Origin: Candidatus Sericytochromatia bacterium
Lineage (GTDB): Bacteria > Cyanobacteriota > Sericytochromatia > S15B-MN24 > UBA4093
Direction of reading: 5' to 3'
Length of the DNA stretch: 64,000 nt
Assembly (NCBI GenBank): GCA_036676985.1
Contig: JAKFBU010000077.1
Coordinates: forward strand, 48,576-112,575
The notes under the pieces are model-generated. The model was not told where the DNA came from, made no database searches, and saw only the letters and a program-made list of their open reading frames with translations. Made by a program: the position numbers and the translations under genes. How positions within the stretch are numbered: position 1 is the stretch's first letter; each line of letters begins with the position of its first letter. Shown piece after piece: positions 29,775 through 41,164 of this stretch.

Positions 29775-29944
29775 TCCGGTTGAGCCTGATCCCTTTCGTG
29801 TCGCCCCGGAGCCCGCCGCGTCCAAGGGCGGGACCAGGGTACCTCGACCGTACGGGATGGCCGTTAACGGAAGGTCATGCGGTGATGATCCTCATGTTGT
29901 GAGGCTCCCCGGCCCTCGACCGGGTGGGGAGGGCGACCGGGCCG

Positions 29945-31666
29945 CTACCGATTCCAGGCGGCGGGGATGGTGAACCAGAAACGGCTGCCCTTGCCCGGCT
30001 CGCTCTCGACCCCGATGGATCCGCCGTGGGCCTCCACGAGCGCCTTGCTGATGCTCAGCCCCAGGCCAGTCCCTTTCTTGCGCTTGCCCGCCTCGAGCTG
30101 CGAGAAGCGCTGGAAGAGCTTGGGAAGGTCCTCGGGCGCGATGCCCTCGCCGTTGTCTTCCACCTCCACGCGGACCGCGTGCGCGTCCGCGCGGACGCGC
30201 ACGGTGATGGCGCCCCCCTCCGGCGTGAACTTGAGGGCGTTGCTGAGCAAGTTGGCCATCACCTGGCTGAGGCGCTGGGCATCCGCTCGCATGATCAGGG
30301 GTTGATCCGGCAGCTCCAGGCGCAGGTCCACATGCGCCTCCCGGGCTTGTGGGAGGAAGCTGTCCGCGAGCTCGCGGATCCGGGGGGTCATGTCGACCTG
30401 CTCGAGCTTCAGCTCGAACGTGCCCGCCTCCATGCGGGCGAAGTCCAGGAGGTCGTCCACCAGGCGCTGCAAGCGCTGGGTGCTGTCCTGGATCTGGTGC
30501 ACGAATTGCGCCTGGGTGGGGGTCAGCTGCCCGCCGATGTGGTCCTCCAGGAATTCGGCGTAGCCCATGATGGTGGTCAACGGGGTCCGCAGCTCGTGCG
30601 AGACGGCGTTGACGAAGCTGCTCTTCAGCCGATCGAGCTCCTTGGCATGTTCCAGCTCCACGGTGCGCTGGACGACCTCCTCCTCGGCCCGCTTGCGCTC
30701 GAGCTCCGCCTCCAGGCGCTTGGCGACCACCTTGAGCAGCATGTGGGCGTAATCCAGGTTCTCGAGGGGCCGGGAGTGCATCACGGCGATCAGGCCCATG
30801 GGGGTGCCCGACGAGTCGAAGAGCGGCATGCCGGCATAGCTCTCGAGGCCCAGCGGCTCGAGGAACGGGTCCTCCGGGAATTGCCTGGCGAGCTCCTGCG
30901 GGAAGGCGCTAAACTGCTTGCCGAACACCCGCTGGCAGGGCGTCCCCTGGAGGGGATAGGCGAAGCCCTCGACGACCTCCCCGCGCTGCAGCAGCACCAC
31001 CGGGCGCATGGTCATCGGGTCCGCGGCGGACACCTCGTCGATGAGCACGTAATCGACCTGGAGGGCCTTTGCCAGGTAACGGGAAATCGAGGTGAAGAAC
31101 GTCCGGCCGGTGGAGGCCGAGAGACCTTGCGCCAGCTCGGTCAGGGCGTTCTCGACCCGCTTTTGCTCGGTGATGTCGCGCGAGATCCCGATCAGACCCA
31201 GCAGCTCACCGGTCGGCGAGCAGTAGGGAAACTTGGTGGTCTGGTATACCCGCTCGGTTGGGCCCCTTCCCACGAGGTCCTCGACCGTGTGCGGCGCTCG
31301 CGAGTCCAGGACGCTGCGATCGGTCTCGGTGAAGCGCTGGGCCATCTCGGCCGGGAAGATCTCCGCGTCCGTCCGGCCGAGAATCTCGTCGCTGGGGCGT
31401 CCAAAGGCGATCGCGGCCGCGGGGTTGACGAGCAGGTAGCGCCCCTTGAGATCCTTGATGAAGATGGGCTCCGGAGCGTGCTCGACGATGGCCTCGAGCT
31501 TGGCCTCGCTGCCGCGATGGCCGTCGTGGTGGTCGGCGCCGCTGATAGACTGCCGGATGGCACGCCGGAGGAACTCGGCATCGCTCAGCCCTTGGCGACG
31601 CGCGAGGTCCCGGACCTGGGCCAGCTCAGCCTCACTTAGATGTACGGGGGGGACAGATGAGCTCAC
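29945..31666 (-). CDS. cytoplasmic PAS-GAF histidine kinase
   Basis: PAS ([14 protein letters not shown]), GAF ([16 protein letters not shown]), [14 protein letters not shown]. Confidence 0.9.
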   Translation of the reverse strand: MSSSVPPVHLSEAELAQVRDLARRQGLSDAEFLRRAIRQSISGADHHDGHRGSEAKLEAIVEHAPEPIFIKDLKGRYLLVNPAAAIAFGRPSDEILGRTDAEIFPAEMAQRFTETDRSVLDSRAPHTVEDLVGRGPTERVYQTTKFPYCSPTGELLGLIGISRDITEQKRVENALTELAQGLSASTGRTFFTSISRYLAKALQVDYVLIDEVSAADPMTMRPVVLLQRGEVVEGFAYPLQGTPCQRVFGKQFSAFPQELARQFPEDPFLEPLGLESYAGMPLFDSSGTPMGLIAVMHSRPLENLDYAHMLLKVVAKRLEAELERKRAEEEVVQRTVELEHAKELDRLKSSFVNAVSHELRTPLTTIMGYAEFLEDHIGGQLTPTQAQFVHQIQDSTQRLQRLVDDLLDFARMEAGTFELKLEQVDMTPRIRELADSFLPQAREAHVDLRLELPDQPLIMRADAQRLSQVMANLLSNALKFTPEGGAITVRVRADAHAVRVEVEDNGEGIAPEDLPKLFQRFSQLEAGKRKKGTGLGLSISKALVEAHGGSIGVESEPGKGSRFWFTIPAAWNR

Positions 31667-31862
31667 AACTTCGATCCTCGACAGGGCTCCGATGTCCGAA
31701 CATTATCCCACCCTCTGTCACGGGGAACAACGCCGCAGAGGGGCGGGCCGGCTCCCGCCCTTGCTCCGGAACCGTCATCGATGGGCGTCCTGTCTAGACA
31801 TGCGAAGCCAGCTTGGATGTCAGGAGGCAGAGCGGGTGCGCTCGACCGAGGCCGGTGGGGGC

Positions 31863-33260
31863 TCACCAGGCACAGGGCCGATAATCCTTCAGGAACAGCC
31901 CGTAATAGGGCATTTCAGGTTGCGTGAGACCTTGAGCGACGGGATGGTAGATGCGCGAGGCCCCATCGATGATGTCGAGCGGCGGAAAGAAGCCACGTTC
32001 GCCCTGGCCTCGCTCGCGCTTGGGAGTCGGGTTCTCGTCGGTGATCCAGCCGGTGTCGACGCTCGTCATGTAGATGTGGTCGCGGGCGTAGTCCTCGCCC
32101 GAGGTGCGCGTCATCATGTTGAGGGCGGCCTTCGCCATGTTGGTGTGGGGATGGTAAACGGTTTTGTGACGGTTGAACTGCCCTTCCATCGCCGAGACGT
32201 TGACGATGAAGCGCCGCTCGAACGGCGATCGCGTCATCAAGGGTTTCAGGCGACTATTCAGCAAAAAGGGCGCGGTCACGTTGATCAACTGCACCTCGAG
32301 CATCTCGGGCACGCTGACCTCGTCGAGCCGGCTCATCCAGCTGTTGCTGGACCGCGTGTCCAGACGCTCCTCGTTGTCCACGAAGCGATCGACGGACATC
32401 ACGTCCCGCAGCGCGGGCAGTGCCGCCGAGCCATCCGTCAGCGCCAGCGTCGACGACCGTGGGGCCTCCTGCACGACCAGGCGACGGGCTTCCAAGGGCA
32501 GCGACTCCGTCGGGTGCTGCTCCTGGGCGACCAGTGCCGAGTAGAACCCCGGCGGCCGGCGAACGGTCTGGGCGGCGTTATGGATCAGGATCTCGAGGGA
32601 CGGTTCGGTGTCCAGCAGGTGGCGCGCGAAGGTCTCGACGGCCGGGATGTTGCGCAGATCGAGGCCGTAGACATGAACCCGATGCAGCCACTCGGCCGAG
32701 TCGGGCTCGGCGTGCAGACGGCTGGCCGCCGCATAGGGAAACCGGGTCGTCACGATCACCTTGGCCCCGTCGCGCAGCAGGCGTAAGACGGTCTGATGGC
32801 CGATCTTCACCCGCCCGCCGGTCACCAGCGCCGTTCTCCCCGTCAGGTCGGCGCGCAGGTGCCGCATCTGAAAGTTGAACGCGGCACACGACGGGCAGAG
32901 GAGGTGATAGAAGCCGTGGACCTCCGTGAAGTCCGCCTTGCAGACGTAACAGGTCTCGGGCTGGTTGAGCGTCCGCACGACGGCCGGGGCCGCCGGCAAC
33001 AGCGGCGTCGTCGCGGGCAGGGCGTCGCGCTGCAGGCTTACCATGGCGGTGGTCGCCTGCAGGCTCCGGTCCTCGTTCGCCAGTCTTCGCCGCTCGACGT
33101 TCCGGTCGTGCCGCTTGCCCTCCTTGTAGATCTTCGCGATCAGGCCGTTCAGGCGATCGCTGCGGCGCATGGCGCCGCCCGAGTCGGCGATCCGTTGCAG
33201 GACGCTGAGACAGACGTCCATCTCGTCTTGGGAAATATCCAGGGCGGCTCCTCCAGTCAA
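31863..33260 (-). CDS. SDR family oxidoreductase with N-terminal CxxC..CxxC knuckle
   Basis: CYVCK..LCPSC, TGGRVKIG, NAAQT, NVSAMEG, HPHTNMAKAALN, VDTGW. Confidence 0.88.
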   Translation of the reverse strand: MTGGAALDISQDEMDVCLSVLQRIADSGGAMRRSDRLNGLIAKIYKEGKRHDRNVERRRLANEDRSLQATTAMVSLQRDALPATTPLLPAAPAVVRTLNQPETCYVCKADFTEVHGFYHLLCPSCAAFNFQMRHLRADLTGRTALVTGGRVKIGHQTVLRLLRDGAKVIVTTRFPYAAASRLHAEPDSAEWLHRVHVYGLDLRNIPAVETFARHLLDTEPSLEILIHNAAQTVRRPPGFYSALVAQEQHPTESLPLEARRLVVQEAPRSSTLALTDGSAALPALRDVMSVDRFVDNEERLDTRSSNSWMSRLDEVSVPEMLEVQLINVTAPFLLNSRLKPLMTRSPFERRFIVNVSAMEGQFNRHKTVYHPHTNMAKAALNMMTRTSGEDYARDHIYMTSVDTGWITDENPTPKRERGQGERGFFPPLDIIDGASRIYHPVAQGLTQPEMPYYGLFLKDYRPCAW

Positions 33261-33468
33261 AGGGACGTCGGCACGAAGCCGTCCTCCCGATTGTAGGATA
33301 TCAGGTGCTCCTCGCGCATGAGGCCTCCGGGGGCGTGATGCGGGCTGTCACCACCGTCTTGCGGGCGATCTGCCGCTGGCGAAGTTGCCAAACGAAACAG
33401 GCAATTGGACTCCCGGCCTGAATTGACCGCTATACTGGCGTAGGTCCCCCCTTCCCGTGGAGCGAATC

Positions 33469-35067
33469 ATGCAACAATGGCGCGTAGGCCTGCGAACCCA
33501 GATCATGCTCGCGTTCATGCTGACGCTCACCGTGATCCTGTCTCTGGCCTGCTGGCGGTTCTATTCCGTCGCGACGAGCGTTTCGCGTCAGCAGCTGCAA
33601 GAGCGCCTCATGTACGGTGCCAGCTTGGCGGCGCTGAGCGTTGATCACGCGCTGCACAGCCGGGTCACCTCGGAGCGGGAGCCCGCGTACCAGGACATCA
33701 AGCGGCAACTCATCCGAGCCCGAGCGGCGGCCCCGTATCTCAGGGACGTCTACACCTTGCGTCCCGTCAATGGGAAGCTCTGGGAATATCTCGTGGATGC
33801 CGAACGGGCGGATAGCCCCCTCTTTACGCCCTTTGGGCATGAGTATCCCGTCGGAAACGAGATCGCGGTCCTGACGGAGGCCCTCACCAGACCGACCGCG
33901 ACCAAGGAGCTCTACCGGGATGCGTACGGGGTCTGGCTTTCGGGCTTTGCCCCCCTACCGGATGCCGCCGGCAAGCCTTACGCCGTCCTCGCCATCGATA
34001 TCAGCGCCGAGAGCGTTCTCGCGCGAGAAGAGCAACTCAGGCGCCTGATCATGGGGATCTTCGTGCTCGGGCTCGGCTTGGCGGCGCTCATGAGCTACGT
34101 GCTGGCCCGCCTCCTCAACCGTCCCATCGAACAGCTCGTCGCAGCCACGACGCTGGTGGGACAGGGAGACCTGGCCGTCCGCGTCCCCGAGCACCGCCAG
34201 GATGAACTGGGCCAGCTCGCGCGCTCCTTCAATCACATGCTCGGCGAGCTCGCCACGAAGCAACAGGAGCTCAAGGAACAGGAGCGCGTGCTCCAGGAAC
34301 TTGCCACCGCCCGCAAGATCCAGCAGGCCATGCTGCCCTCGGCCGCACCCGAGTCCAAGACCCTCAACATCGATTTCTACGCCCAGTCGGCGAGCGAAGT
34401 GGGCGGCGATTACTTCGACTTTTTGCCGCTCGACGACCATCGCATGGCCATCGTCATCGGCGACGTCACGGGCCACGGGGTGCCCGCCGCGCTCCTGATG
34501 GCCATGGTCCGCAGCTGCCTGCACACGCAGGTGCTCTCCAACCACCAGATTTCGGATGTCATGCGCGTGGCAAACCGTACGGTCTACCAGGGATCCTACG
34601 AGCGGCGCCTCATGACCTTCTTCTACTCCATTCTCGATACCCGGACGGGTCATCTGCGCTTTGCCAACGCCGGTCACCTGCATCCCTACCTCTTCCGCTC
34701 CAAGGATGGCCGACTGGAGCAACTCGATTCCTCCGCCTATCCCTTGGGGGTCAAGGCCGCCAGCAACTACCGGGAACAGGAGCTGCAGCTCGCGGATGGG
34801 GACCTGATGGTCTTCTATTCCGACGGGATCATCGAGGCCATGAACCCTGAGGGCGAGGAGTTCGGCTTCGAGCGCATGGAGGCGGCGATCGCCCGCCATG
34901 GTCACCGCTCCGCCAGCGAGATCGTCACCGCCCTGCTGCTCGACTGGAAGGGCTTCACCCAGGGCGGCGAGCGTCCCCCCGAGGACGACGTCACCGTGGT
35001 GGCCGTCAAATTCCAGACCGGCGGCACGAATCCGGAGCCTGGAGCCGTCGCAACGCTCGAGGTCTAA
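33469..35067 (+). CDS. membrane sensor PP2C phosphatase (HAMP-SpoIIE/RsbU-like)
   Basis: VGGDYFD, GDVTGHGVPAA, NAGH, YSDGIIEA, DDVT. Confidence 0.92.
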   Translation: MQQWRVGLRTQIMLAFMLTLTVILSLACWRFYSVATSVSRQQLQERLMYGASLAALSVDHALHSRVTSEREPAYQDIKRQLIRARAAAPYLRDVYTLRPVNGKLWEYLVDAERADSPLFTPFGHEYPVGNEIAVLTEALTRPTATKELYRDAYGVWLSGFAPLPDAAGKPYAVLAIDISAESVLAREEQLRRLIMGIFVLGLGLAALMSYVLARLLNRPIEQLVAATTLVGQGDLAVRVPEHRQDELGQLARSFNHMLGELATKQQELKEQERVLQELATARKIQQAMLPSAAPESKTLNIDFYAQSASEVGGDYFDFLPLDDHRMAIVIGDVTGHGVPAALLMAMVRSCLHTQVLSNHQISDVMRVANRTVYQGSYERRLMTFFYSILDTRTGHLRFANAGHLHPYLFRSKDGRLEQLDSSAYPLGVKAASNYREQELQLADGDLMVFYSDGIIEAMNPEGEEFGFERMEAAIARHGHRSASEIVTALLLDWKGFTQGGERPPEDDVTVVAVKFQTGGTNPEPGAVATLEV

Positions 35068-35166
35068 GGTGAGGGTTGCCGTCGCCCCGGAGGCGGGGCG
35101 CTCCGCGCGTGTGACATAATTGGAAGAGCGAGCCTGTTGGCCTCGTTTTTCTGAGGATGGCCCTGG

Positions 35167-37221
35167 ATGCGGCTGCTGACGACGCGAAGCATCAAACACA
35201 AGATCACGCTACGGGTCGGGATGGCCGTTGCGGTCGTCCTGGCCGTCCTGATCGGATTCGTGAGCGCGACGGTCCGCCAGGCCCAGATCGAATCGACCAA
35301 GCAGCGCGGACGCATCCTGGTCGCGGACATGGCCCAGCAAATCGAGGCCTTCAACCGGGAAGGGCTGGTCATTGCCAAGACGATGGCGGTCTTCCAGGAA
35401 TCCGGGGCCTTCGGGAACCGGGAGGCCACCCTTCGCTTCCTGCATGACCTGATCCAGTCTCGTCCCGAGTATTTCGGCACCTGGACCCTCTATGCGCGGA
35501 ACGCGGACGGTCAGGATGCCGGGTGGATCGGCCGCCCCGGATCGCACTCCCGCACCGGGCAATTCCTCGCCTTTTGGAACCCGACCTCCACGGGCCGCAA
35601 GCTGGGGGCGGCAGAAGACATCACGGAAGCGGAGGACTCCTTCGGCATCTGGGCGATGGCGCGACGGCCGCCCCATTCGTTCATCATGGAGCCCTACCTC
35701 TACAACGAGGAGCTCCAGACCTCGTACGGTCAGGCTTTCTGGATCGACGGCACCATCAAGGGGGTTGCGGGCATCGATCGCAGCCTGCGGAAGCTTCGCC
35801 TACAACTCGCTGCCGAGAAGCCGTACCGAACCGCCGTCTTCGTCCTGATCAGCCCCTCGGGCCGCTACATCGTGGCGCCGGATGCGACGCTCCAGACCCA
35901 GCCGATCTCCCGGTTCCCTGAGCAATGGGCGGTCTTCGAGGGGCTGCCCGGGGCTCGCACCCAGGGGTTTCAGGTCGTGACCAACCCCTTCACGGGGCAT
36001 GAGAGCTGGATGTTCCATGCCCCGGTGGTGGCCGGGAACTGGACCCTCGCCATGCTGGTCGACCAGGCCGAGGTTCTCTCCCCGGTCAACCGCCTGGTGG
36101 GCATTATCCTGGGGCTCGGTCTGGTGGGGCTCGTTCTGGTGTCCCTGCTCCTGTACGGCTTGATCGCCAGGGCCGTCTCTCCCATGGATCGCCTGGTAAA
36201 GGCTTGCGAAGCGACGGCGCAGGGGGATCTGGACACGGTGCAGGCCCTCGTGCCGGGTGTCGCGTCGCGCGACGGGGACGAGTTCGACCGGATGGCGGCA
36301 GCCTTCCGCCATGCGGTCCACTACCTCACGTCCATGGCCGAGCGGCTGGAGCAGGTCGCGCGCGGCGATCTGAGCGTCCGCATCACTCCCTTCAGCGACC
36401 GCGATCGGTTCGGCAAGGCGCTGGCTCGATACGTGGTGATGATCGCGGACACCATTACCCAGCTCAATCGAGCCAAGGAGCAGCTGCACGAGAGCAATGA
36501 GCGGCTCCAGGATCTCGATCGCCTCAAGACCGACTTCGTCAACGCGGTCAGCCACGACCTGCGGACCCCGCTCACCTCGATCAAGGGGTATACGGAGTTT
36601 CTCGAGGACGAGCTGGGTGGTCCCCTGACTGCCCAGCAGGCGGACTACGTGTCGCAGATCGCCAAGAGCACCAGCCGTCTCGAGCATCTGGTCGACGACC
36701 TGCTGGACGTCGCGCGGGTCGAGGCGGGAACGCTCCAGCTGAGGTTCGAGGACGTCGATCTGGCTGCGATTGTCCGGGAAGTCATCGATAGCTTGCTCCC
36801 CCAGGCACAGGCGGCCCGCCTCACCCTCGAGGCCAGCCTGCCCGACGAGCCCTTGCGGGTACGCTGCGACGCCTCGCGGATCGAGCGGGTCTTGATCAAC
36901 CTGGTGAACAACGCCGTCAAGTTCACGCCTGAAGGCGGCAGCATCCTGGTCAGCGCTCGGCTCGACGGGGAGGTCGTGCGGTGTGAGGTCGCGGACAACG
37001 GCATCGGGATCGCGCCTGAAGACGTTCCCAAGCTCTTCCAGCGCTTTGGCCAGCTCAAGAGCGGTTCCGCAAAAGGCGGCACGGGCCTTGGTCTAAGCAT
37101 CTCCAAGGCCATCGTCGAGGCTCATCAGGGAGCCATCGGGGTCGACAGCGAGGCCGGACGGGGCAGCACCTTCTGGTTCACGCTGCCCCGAGGGAATGAC
37201 ATGAAAGGGGATCTGGCCTGA
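35167..37221 (+). CDS. sensor histidine kinase (dCache-HAMP-HisKA-HATPase)
   Basis: TM helices, MEPY, GVAGID, SHDLRTPL, NLVNNAVKFT, GTGLGL. Confidence 0.9.
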   Translation: MRLLTTRSIKHKITLRVGMAVAVVLAVLIGFVSATVRQAQIESTKQRGRILVADMAQQIEAFNREGLVIAKTMAVFQESGAFGNREATLRFLHDLIQSRPEYFGTWTLYARNADGQDAGWIGRPGSHSRTGQFLAFWNPTSTGRKLGAAEDITEAEDSFGIWAMARRPPHSFIMEPYLYNEELQTSYGQAFWIDGTIKGVAGIDRSLRKLRLQLAAEKPYRTAVFVLISPSGRYIVAPDATLQTQPISRFPEQWAVFEGLPGARTQGFQVVTNPFTGHESWMFHAPVVAGNWTLAMLVDQAEVLSPVNRLVGIILGLGLVGLVLVSLLLYGLIARAVSPMDRLVKACEATAQGDLDTVQALVPGVASRDGDEFDRMAAAFRHAVHYLTSMAERLEQVARGDLSVRITPFSDRDRFGKALARYVVMIADTITQLNRAKEQLHESNERLQDLDRLKTDFVNAVSHDLRTPLTSIKGYTEFLEDELGGPLTAQQADYVSQIAKSTSRLEHLVDDLLDVARVEAGTLQLRFEDVDLAAIVREVIDSLLPQAQAARLTLEASLPDEPLRVRCDASRIERVLINLVNNAVKFTPEGGSILVSARLDGEVVRCEVADNGIGIAPEDVPKLFQRFGQLKSGSAKGGTGLGLSISKAIVEAHQGAIGVDSEAGRGSTFWFTLPRGNDMKGDLA

Positions 37222-37238
37222 GCTTGGGCCGGGTCGGC

Positions 37239-37733
37239 TCAGCGCTTCTGGATGGGGTATCCTTTGGCCACCCAGTCCGCCTCGAAGCTCTTGGGAAGGA
37301 ACAGGACCTTGATGCGCTCGCCGCGACGGGAGTTGGCCTGCGTAAATGCGGGCTGGATGAAGGGGCACATGTCAAACGAACAGCAGCCGCAATAGAGCAC
37401 GATGTCCCGATCCTGGGGCAATTGCTCGAGGTCTTTCTGGAAGGCGGCCTTGGTCTCGGGAGTGTTCACGCCCTGGAAATGGAGGGCCCCGGGCACGTGG
37501 CTGTCCTCATAGAGGGACTGGACGCCCACATGCACGACGATGGGCGGTTTCGGGCCTTTGAGGTCGCGCGCTAACTGTTCGGGGGTCACGAACCCGCTCT
37601 GGTGGGCGTTCTCCATGTGCTGGCTGTCACTCGCGGCACGAGGAGCGTCGGGCAGAGGCGAAGCAAGCGTCCCGGCAGGCACCAGGGCCCAGCCCAGGGC
37701 GGCGATCGCAGCGGCAACGATGAGGTGGTGCAT
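37239..37733 (-). CDS. exported rhodanese-like domain protein
   Basis: signal peptide, HVPGA, IVLYCGCC, WVAKGYP. Confidence 0.8.
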   Translation of the reverse strand: MHHLIVAAAIAALGWALVPAGTLASPLPDAPRAASDSQHMENAHQSGFVTPEQLARDLKGPKPPIVVHVGVQSLYEDSHVPGALHFQGVNTPETKAAFQKDLEQLPQDRDIVLYCGCCSFDMCPFIQPAFTQANSRRGERIKVLFLPKSFEADWVAKGYPIQKR

Positions 37734-38123
37734 GGCTTTCTTCTCCTCCTGTTTCGAGAAGCGGCGGAAGGGAGGGCGCGGAGGACTCTGGCCCGCTCTA
37801 GGAATGCTTGATCGGTGCAGCACCTTGTGCCCGCCGGGCGTTGGGATGAATCAGTCGGCTCTCGGGCGTACCCTAAGCCGATCAGGGGCACATCAGGACC
37901 CGTCTTACCCTTACCCGGGCTGAGCGTTCCTACAACTTAGAGACTTCTTAGCGACTCAATCGCCGATCATGGTCCAAGGGCAAGTCCCCGAATATGGTGT
38001 CGCTCGGCCCATAGCCTTTCCTGCCTTCCTGCTTTCTCCACCCCACGCGGGCGCCCCGCGCGCCGAATCGCAGTATAATGAGCAACAGACCGTCATCCGA
38101 CCGAGAACGCTGAGAGGATCCCC

Positions 38124-39260
38124 TTGCCCACTTTCGAAGAACTGTCGATTCCTGCCGCTCTGCTCGAGAAGCTGCAAAAGCAGCAGATCACGGAGCCGAC
38201 CGAGGTTCAACAGGCCGCTATCCCGGCGATCCTCGCTGGCAGGGACGTCATCGTTCACTCCCAGACCGGAACGGGCAAGACGCTGGCGTACCTGCTCCCC
38301 CTCCTCACGCGGTTGGATCCGGCTGCTACGAGCCTCCAGGCGGTGATCGTGGTGCCCACCCGCGAGCTCGGGATGCAGATCTTCCGCGAGATCAACCAGC
38401 TGACCGACGGCGGACCGCTCTTCGCACAGCAGTTGATTGGCGGCGCGAACGTCCGGCACCAGATTGAACGCCTCAAGAAGCGGCCGCCCATCGTGGTGGG
38501 GACACCAGGCCGCATCGCCGAGCTCATCACCGCCGGCAAGCTGAACACCCACACCGTCAAGACGCTCGTGGTCGACGAGATCGACCAGGTCCTCGCGCCG
38601 GCCTTCAAGAACGAGCTGATTCGGATCCTCAAGGCCATTTCTCGCGATCGCCAGACGATCTTCGTCTCCGCCACCATTCCGGCGGCCGTCGAAGAGGTCT
38701 CCCAGCGCTGGATGAAGGAGCCCCTCCACGTTCAGGTGGCGGCCACCCTCAAGCTGCCGGAGACCCTCACCCATTCCTACTTGATCGCCGAACGGGACAA
38801 GACCGATGCCCTACGGCGTCTCCTGCATGCCCAGTCGCCGAAGGCCGCGATCGCCTTCGTCAACGAGGGCCGGCGTGTTTCGGATCTCGTGAGCAAGCTC
38901 TCGTACAAGGGCCTTGCGGTCGCGGCCCTGCACGGCCAGGCCCGCAAGGAGGAGCGGAGCGTCCTCCTCAAGGGGTTCCGCGAGGGCAAGTTCCAGCTGC
39001 TCCTTGCGACCGAGCTAGCGGCCCGGGGGCTCGACATCAAGGGCCTGACCCACGTCTACAACCTGGATCTGCCGACGGATGCCGAGCACTACATTCACCG
39101 GGCGGGCCGCACCGGGCGCGCGGGGGTGGCCGGCACCGTCGTGTCGATCGTCGCTCCCGGCGAGCGCTTCGTCATCGAAAAATTCGCAAAGGCGCTCGGG
39201 CAGGAGATTCGAGAGATCGAGCTCTCCCATGGGAAGGCCTGGGACCGCAGCACGACCTAA
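38124..39260 (+). CDS. DEAD-box RNA helicase
   Basis: Q motif, SQTGTGKT, PTREL, GTPGR, DEID, SAT, ARGLD, HRAGRTGR. Confidence 0.95.
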   Translation: MPTFEELSIPAALLEKLQKQQITEPTEVQQAAIPAILAGRDVIVHSQTGTGKTLAYLLPLLTRLDPAATSLQAVIVVPTRELGMQIFREINQLTDGGPLFAQQLIGGANVRHQIERLKKRPPIVVGTPGRIAELITAGKLNTHTVKTLVVDEIDQVLAPAFKNELIRILKAISRDRQTIFVSATIPAAVEEVSQRWMKEPLHVQVAATLKLPETLTHSYLIAERDKTDALRRLLHAQSPKAAIAFVNEGRRVSDLVSKLSYKGLAVAALHGQARKEERSVLLKGFREGKFQLLLATELAARGLDIKGLTHVYNLDLPTDAEHYIHRAGRTGRAGVAGTVVSIVAPGERFVIEKFAKALGQEIREIELSHGKAWDRSTT

Positions 39261-39408
39261 GGGCTCGATGGCCGCCAGCCCGAGAAGGGGCAAGCCTTGG
39301 CCCCGGGCGACGTCGCGATCGCTCTTGGGCTAGGCCGAGAGCTAGATTGTCAGGTTTCAAGGGGATCTGACGCACGTGGTCGTGTGTCTGGGGGCTAAAT
39401 CCCGAGCC

Positions 39409-40152
39409 TCACGGCTTGCGCAGGACCGCCTCGGCAACCGCGTCCCCGGTAGCGTAGGCATGCTGCTCGACAGGTTGAGCGCGGTACGCTCGGACCCCCT
39501 TGGAGGGGGTGGCGTAATCGAAGAAGTTGTCGTACCAGGTGGTGGCGATGGCCGCATAGGGATCGGCAGGGTCCAGCTTCTTCCTGGACGCTGCATCCCC
39601 TTTCTCCCACTGCATGGCATGGGTCTGCTCGTGAACCACCGTGTTCAGGAACTCGGCCGCGCTGACCATCGACTTCGGACCGATGGTGATGGGCTGGTTG
39701 GAACCCGCCGTGAAGCCACCGCGATAGGGCCCCTCCTCGAGGCCTAGCGGTCTTGGGCGGAAGCCGTAGATTCCCCCCTGGATAGTAGAAATGCGTTCGC
39801 CGAGCTGCATTCGAAGGTCCTGCGGGAGGCGGGGCCATGAGCGTAGCCCCTTCATCACCGCCTCATCCTGAAGCAGCGTCTGGATCAGGGCCTCACGGCA
39901 CGCAAGGTCGCGGGTCTGCCAGTCCTTCGAGGGCGGCACGCTGGGCAGGGGTGGAATCGGACCTGCCAGCTTGGCCTTGAGCTGTTCCAGCTGGCCGACT
40001 TGAGTACTCAGGCCAAGGCGATCGCCAGCTAGGACCGGCCTGGGCTCGGAGGGGGCAGGCGACTTGGTGGTCGCAGCTCGCCTGGGAGCGCTGGTTGAGC
40101 CAGCATTGCTTTGCTTGATAGTTGTGCTCAAGCGATCCTCCCAGGTCAACAT
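39409..40152 (-). CDS. hypothetical zincin-like metalloprotease
   Basis: HEQTH motif, downstream YRAQPVE; low-complexity N-terminus. Confidence 0.65.
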   Translation of the reverse strand: MLTWEDRLSTTIKQSNAGSTSAPRRAATTKSPAPSEPRPVLAGDRLGLSTQVGQLEQLKAKLAGPIPPLPSVPPSKDWQTRDLACREALIQTLLQDEAVMKGLRSWPRLPQDLRMQLGERISTIQGGIYGFRPRPLGLEEGPYRGGFTAGSNQPITIGPKSMVSAAEFLNTVVHEQTHAMQWEKGDAASRKKLDPADPYAAIATTWYDNFFDYATPSKGVRAYRAQPVEQHAYATGDAVAEAVLRKP

Positions 40153-40393
40153 GGGCCATGGGGTGCATGGACGGGATGGGGGCGGGTTGGTCCTTAGGAC
40201 TCCTATACCCCTGCTTGATGCTTATGTTACCGGCGTGACAAGGCTTCTCTGACCCGGGCACCCAGAGGGAGTCGGCAGTGCCGCTTTCCTGGGGGCGGTT
40301 GACTTCTGACTCGCTATGGCTTAATTACTGTCAAATTTCCATTAGCTTTTATTAAGGCAGAGACGTCGAAGCTTCGAATCACAAGGAGATTGA

Positions 40394-41164
40394 ATGCGAA
40401 CAAACCGCGGAATCATCGCTGCCATCATGCTGTTGTCTATCGTTTTTATGGGGCTCGACTGGAGCCGCTTGATACTCCATCCGGCAGATTTGGAAGTCTC
40501 TCCCCTCTCCAATGCCATGAAAGTCTGTGTCTCTTTCCTGGCGACGGTGGTCGCCTGGCGAGCCCGAAACCACGGCTTCTCCAGTGGCGATGAAGCGGCT
40601 TTCCGGATCCTTTTTTCCCTCGTGTTCGTTGCCGACGTTTGCTTCGTAGTGGGCCTGGCCCCCGTGGGCATCGTCTTGTTCGCCATTTTTCAGGGGTTGC
40701 TGGCAAAGCGAAACCTGACGGGATGGCAAGAGGCTAAGGCCGCCCTCACCAGAGACTCGGCCGCGCTGGGCGGTGTGGCGTTGGGCGTCGCAGCTTCTCT
40801 CGGGGGAACGCTTTTTGGGATCTATCACTTGCAGGGGGTCACGCCCTTGCTGTTTGTGATCGCCGTCTACGTGACCTTCTTGTGGGCCTCCGTCGTGTCG
40901 GCCTGGGCATCGCGCGCCATTGGTCATTTTCCCCGCCGGAACGCGGGCATGATGGCGCTGGGGATGTCCCTCTTCTTGTTGTGTGACATCACGGTCGCCG
41001 GTAACTTGGCCCTGCCGCCGGACAGCATGATGCGTGTCGTGACGTCGAGTTTGACCTGGATGTTCTATGCACCGGCATTGGTCCTGATTGCGCTTTCCGC
41101 CTGGCGAAATCCGGTAAGCTCCGTCCCTCAGGACATTCGGCAGACGGTCGATTCCGTGAACTAA
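40394..41164 (+). CDS. YhhN/lysoplasmalogenase-like membrane protein
   Basis: multi-TM, ADVCF, GMSLFLLCDITV, WMFYAPA pattern. Confidence 0.7.
   Translation: MRTNRGIIAAIMLLSIVFMGLDWSRLILHPADLEVSPLSNAMKVCVSFLATVVAWRARNHGFSSGDEAAFRILFSLVFVADVCFVVGLAPVGIVLFAIFQGLLAKRNLTGWQEAKAALTRDSAALGGVALGVAASLGGTLFGIYHLQGVTPLLFVIAVYVTFLWASVVSAWASRAIGHFPRRNAGMMALGMSLFLLCDITVAGNLALPPDSMMRVVTSSLTWMFYAPALVLIALSAWRNPVSSVPQDIRQTVDSVN

Noticed and set aside
29775-29944. c-di-AMP (ydaO) riboswitch upstream of KimA-like permease
   Set aside because: Expected by context, but I cannot find the conserved GCTGAA..GGAACC..GGGG..AATC..GTAGG..CCCG..CAGCTAAC elements; an Rfam/Infernal scan would settle it.
40394-41164. YhhN-like gene as a fifth cassette
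   Set aside because: It is slightly AT-richer, but no core repeat is found to its left, so a cassette boundary cannot be supported.
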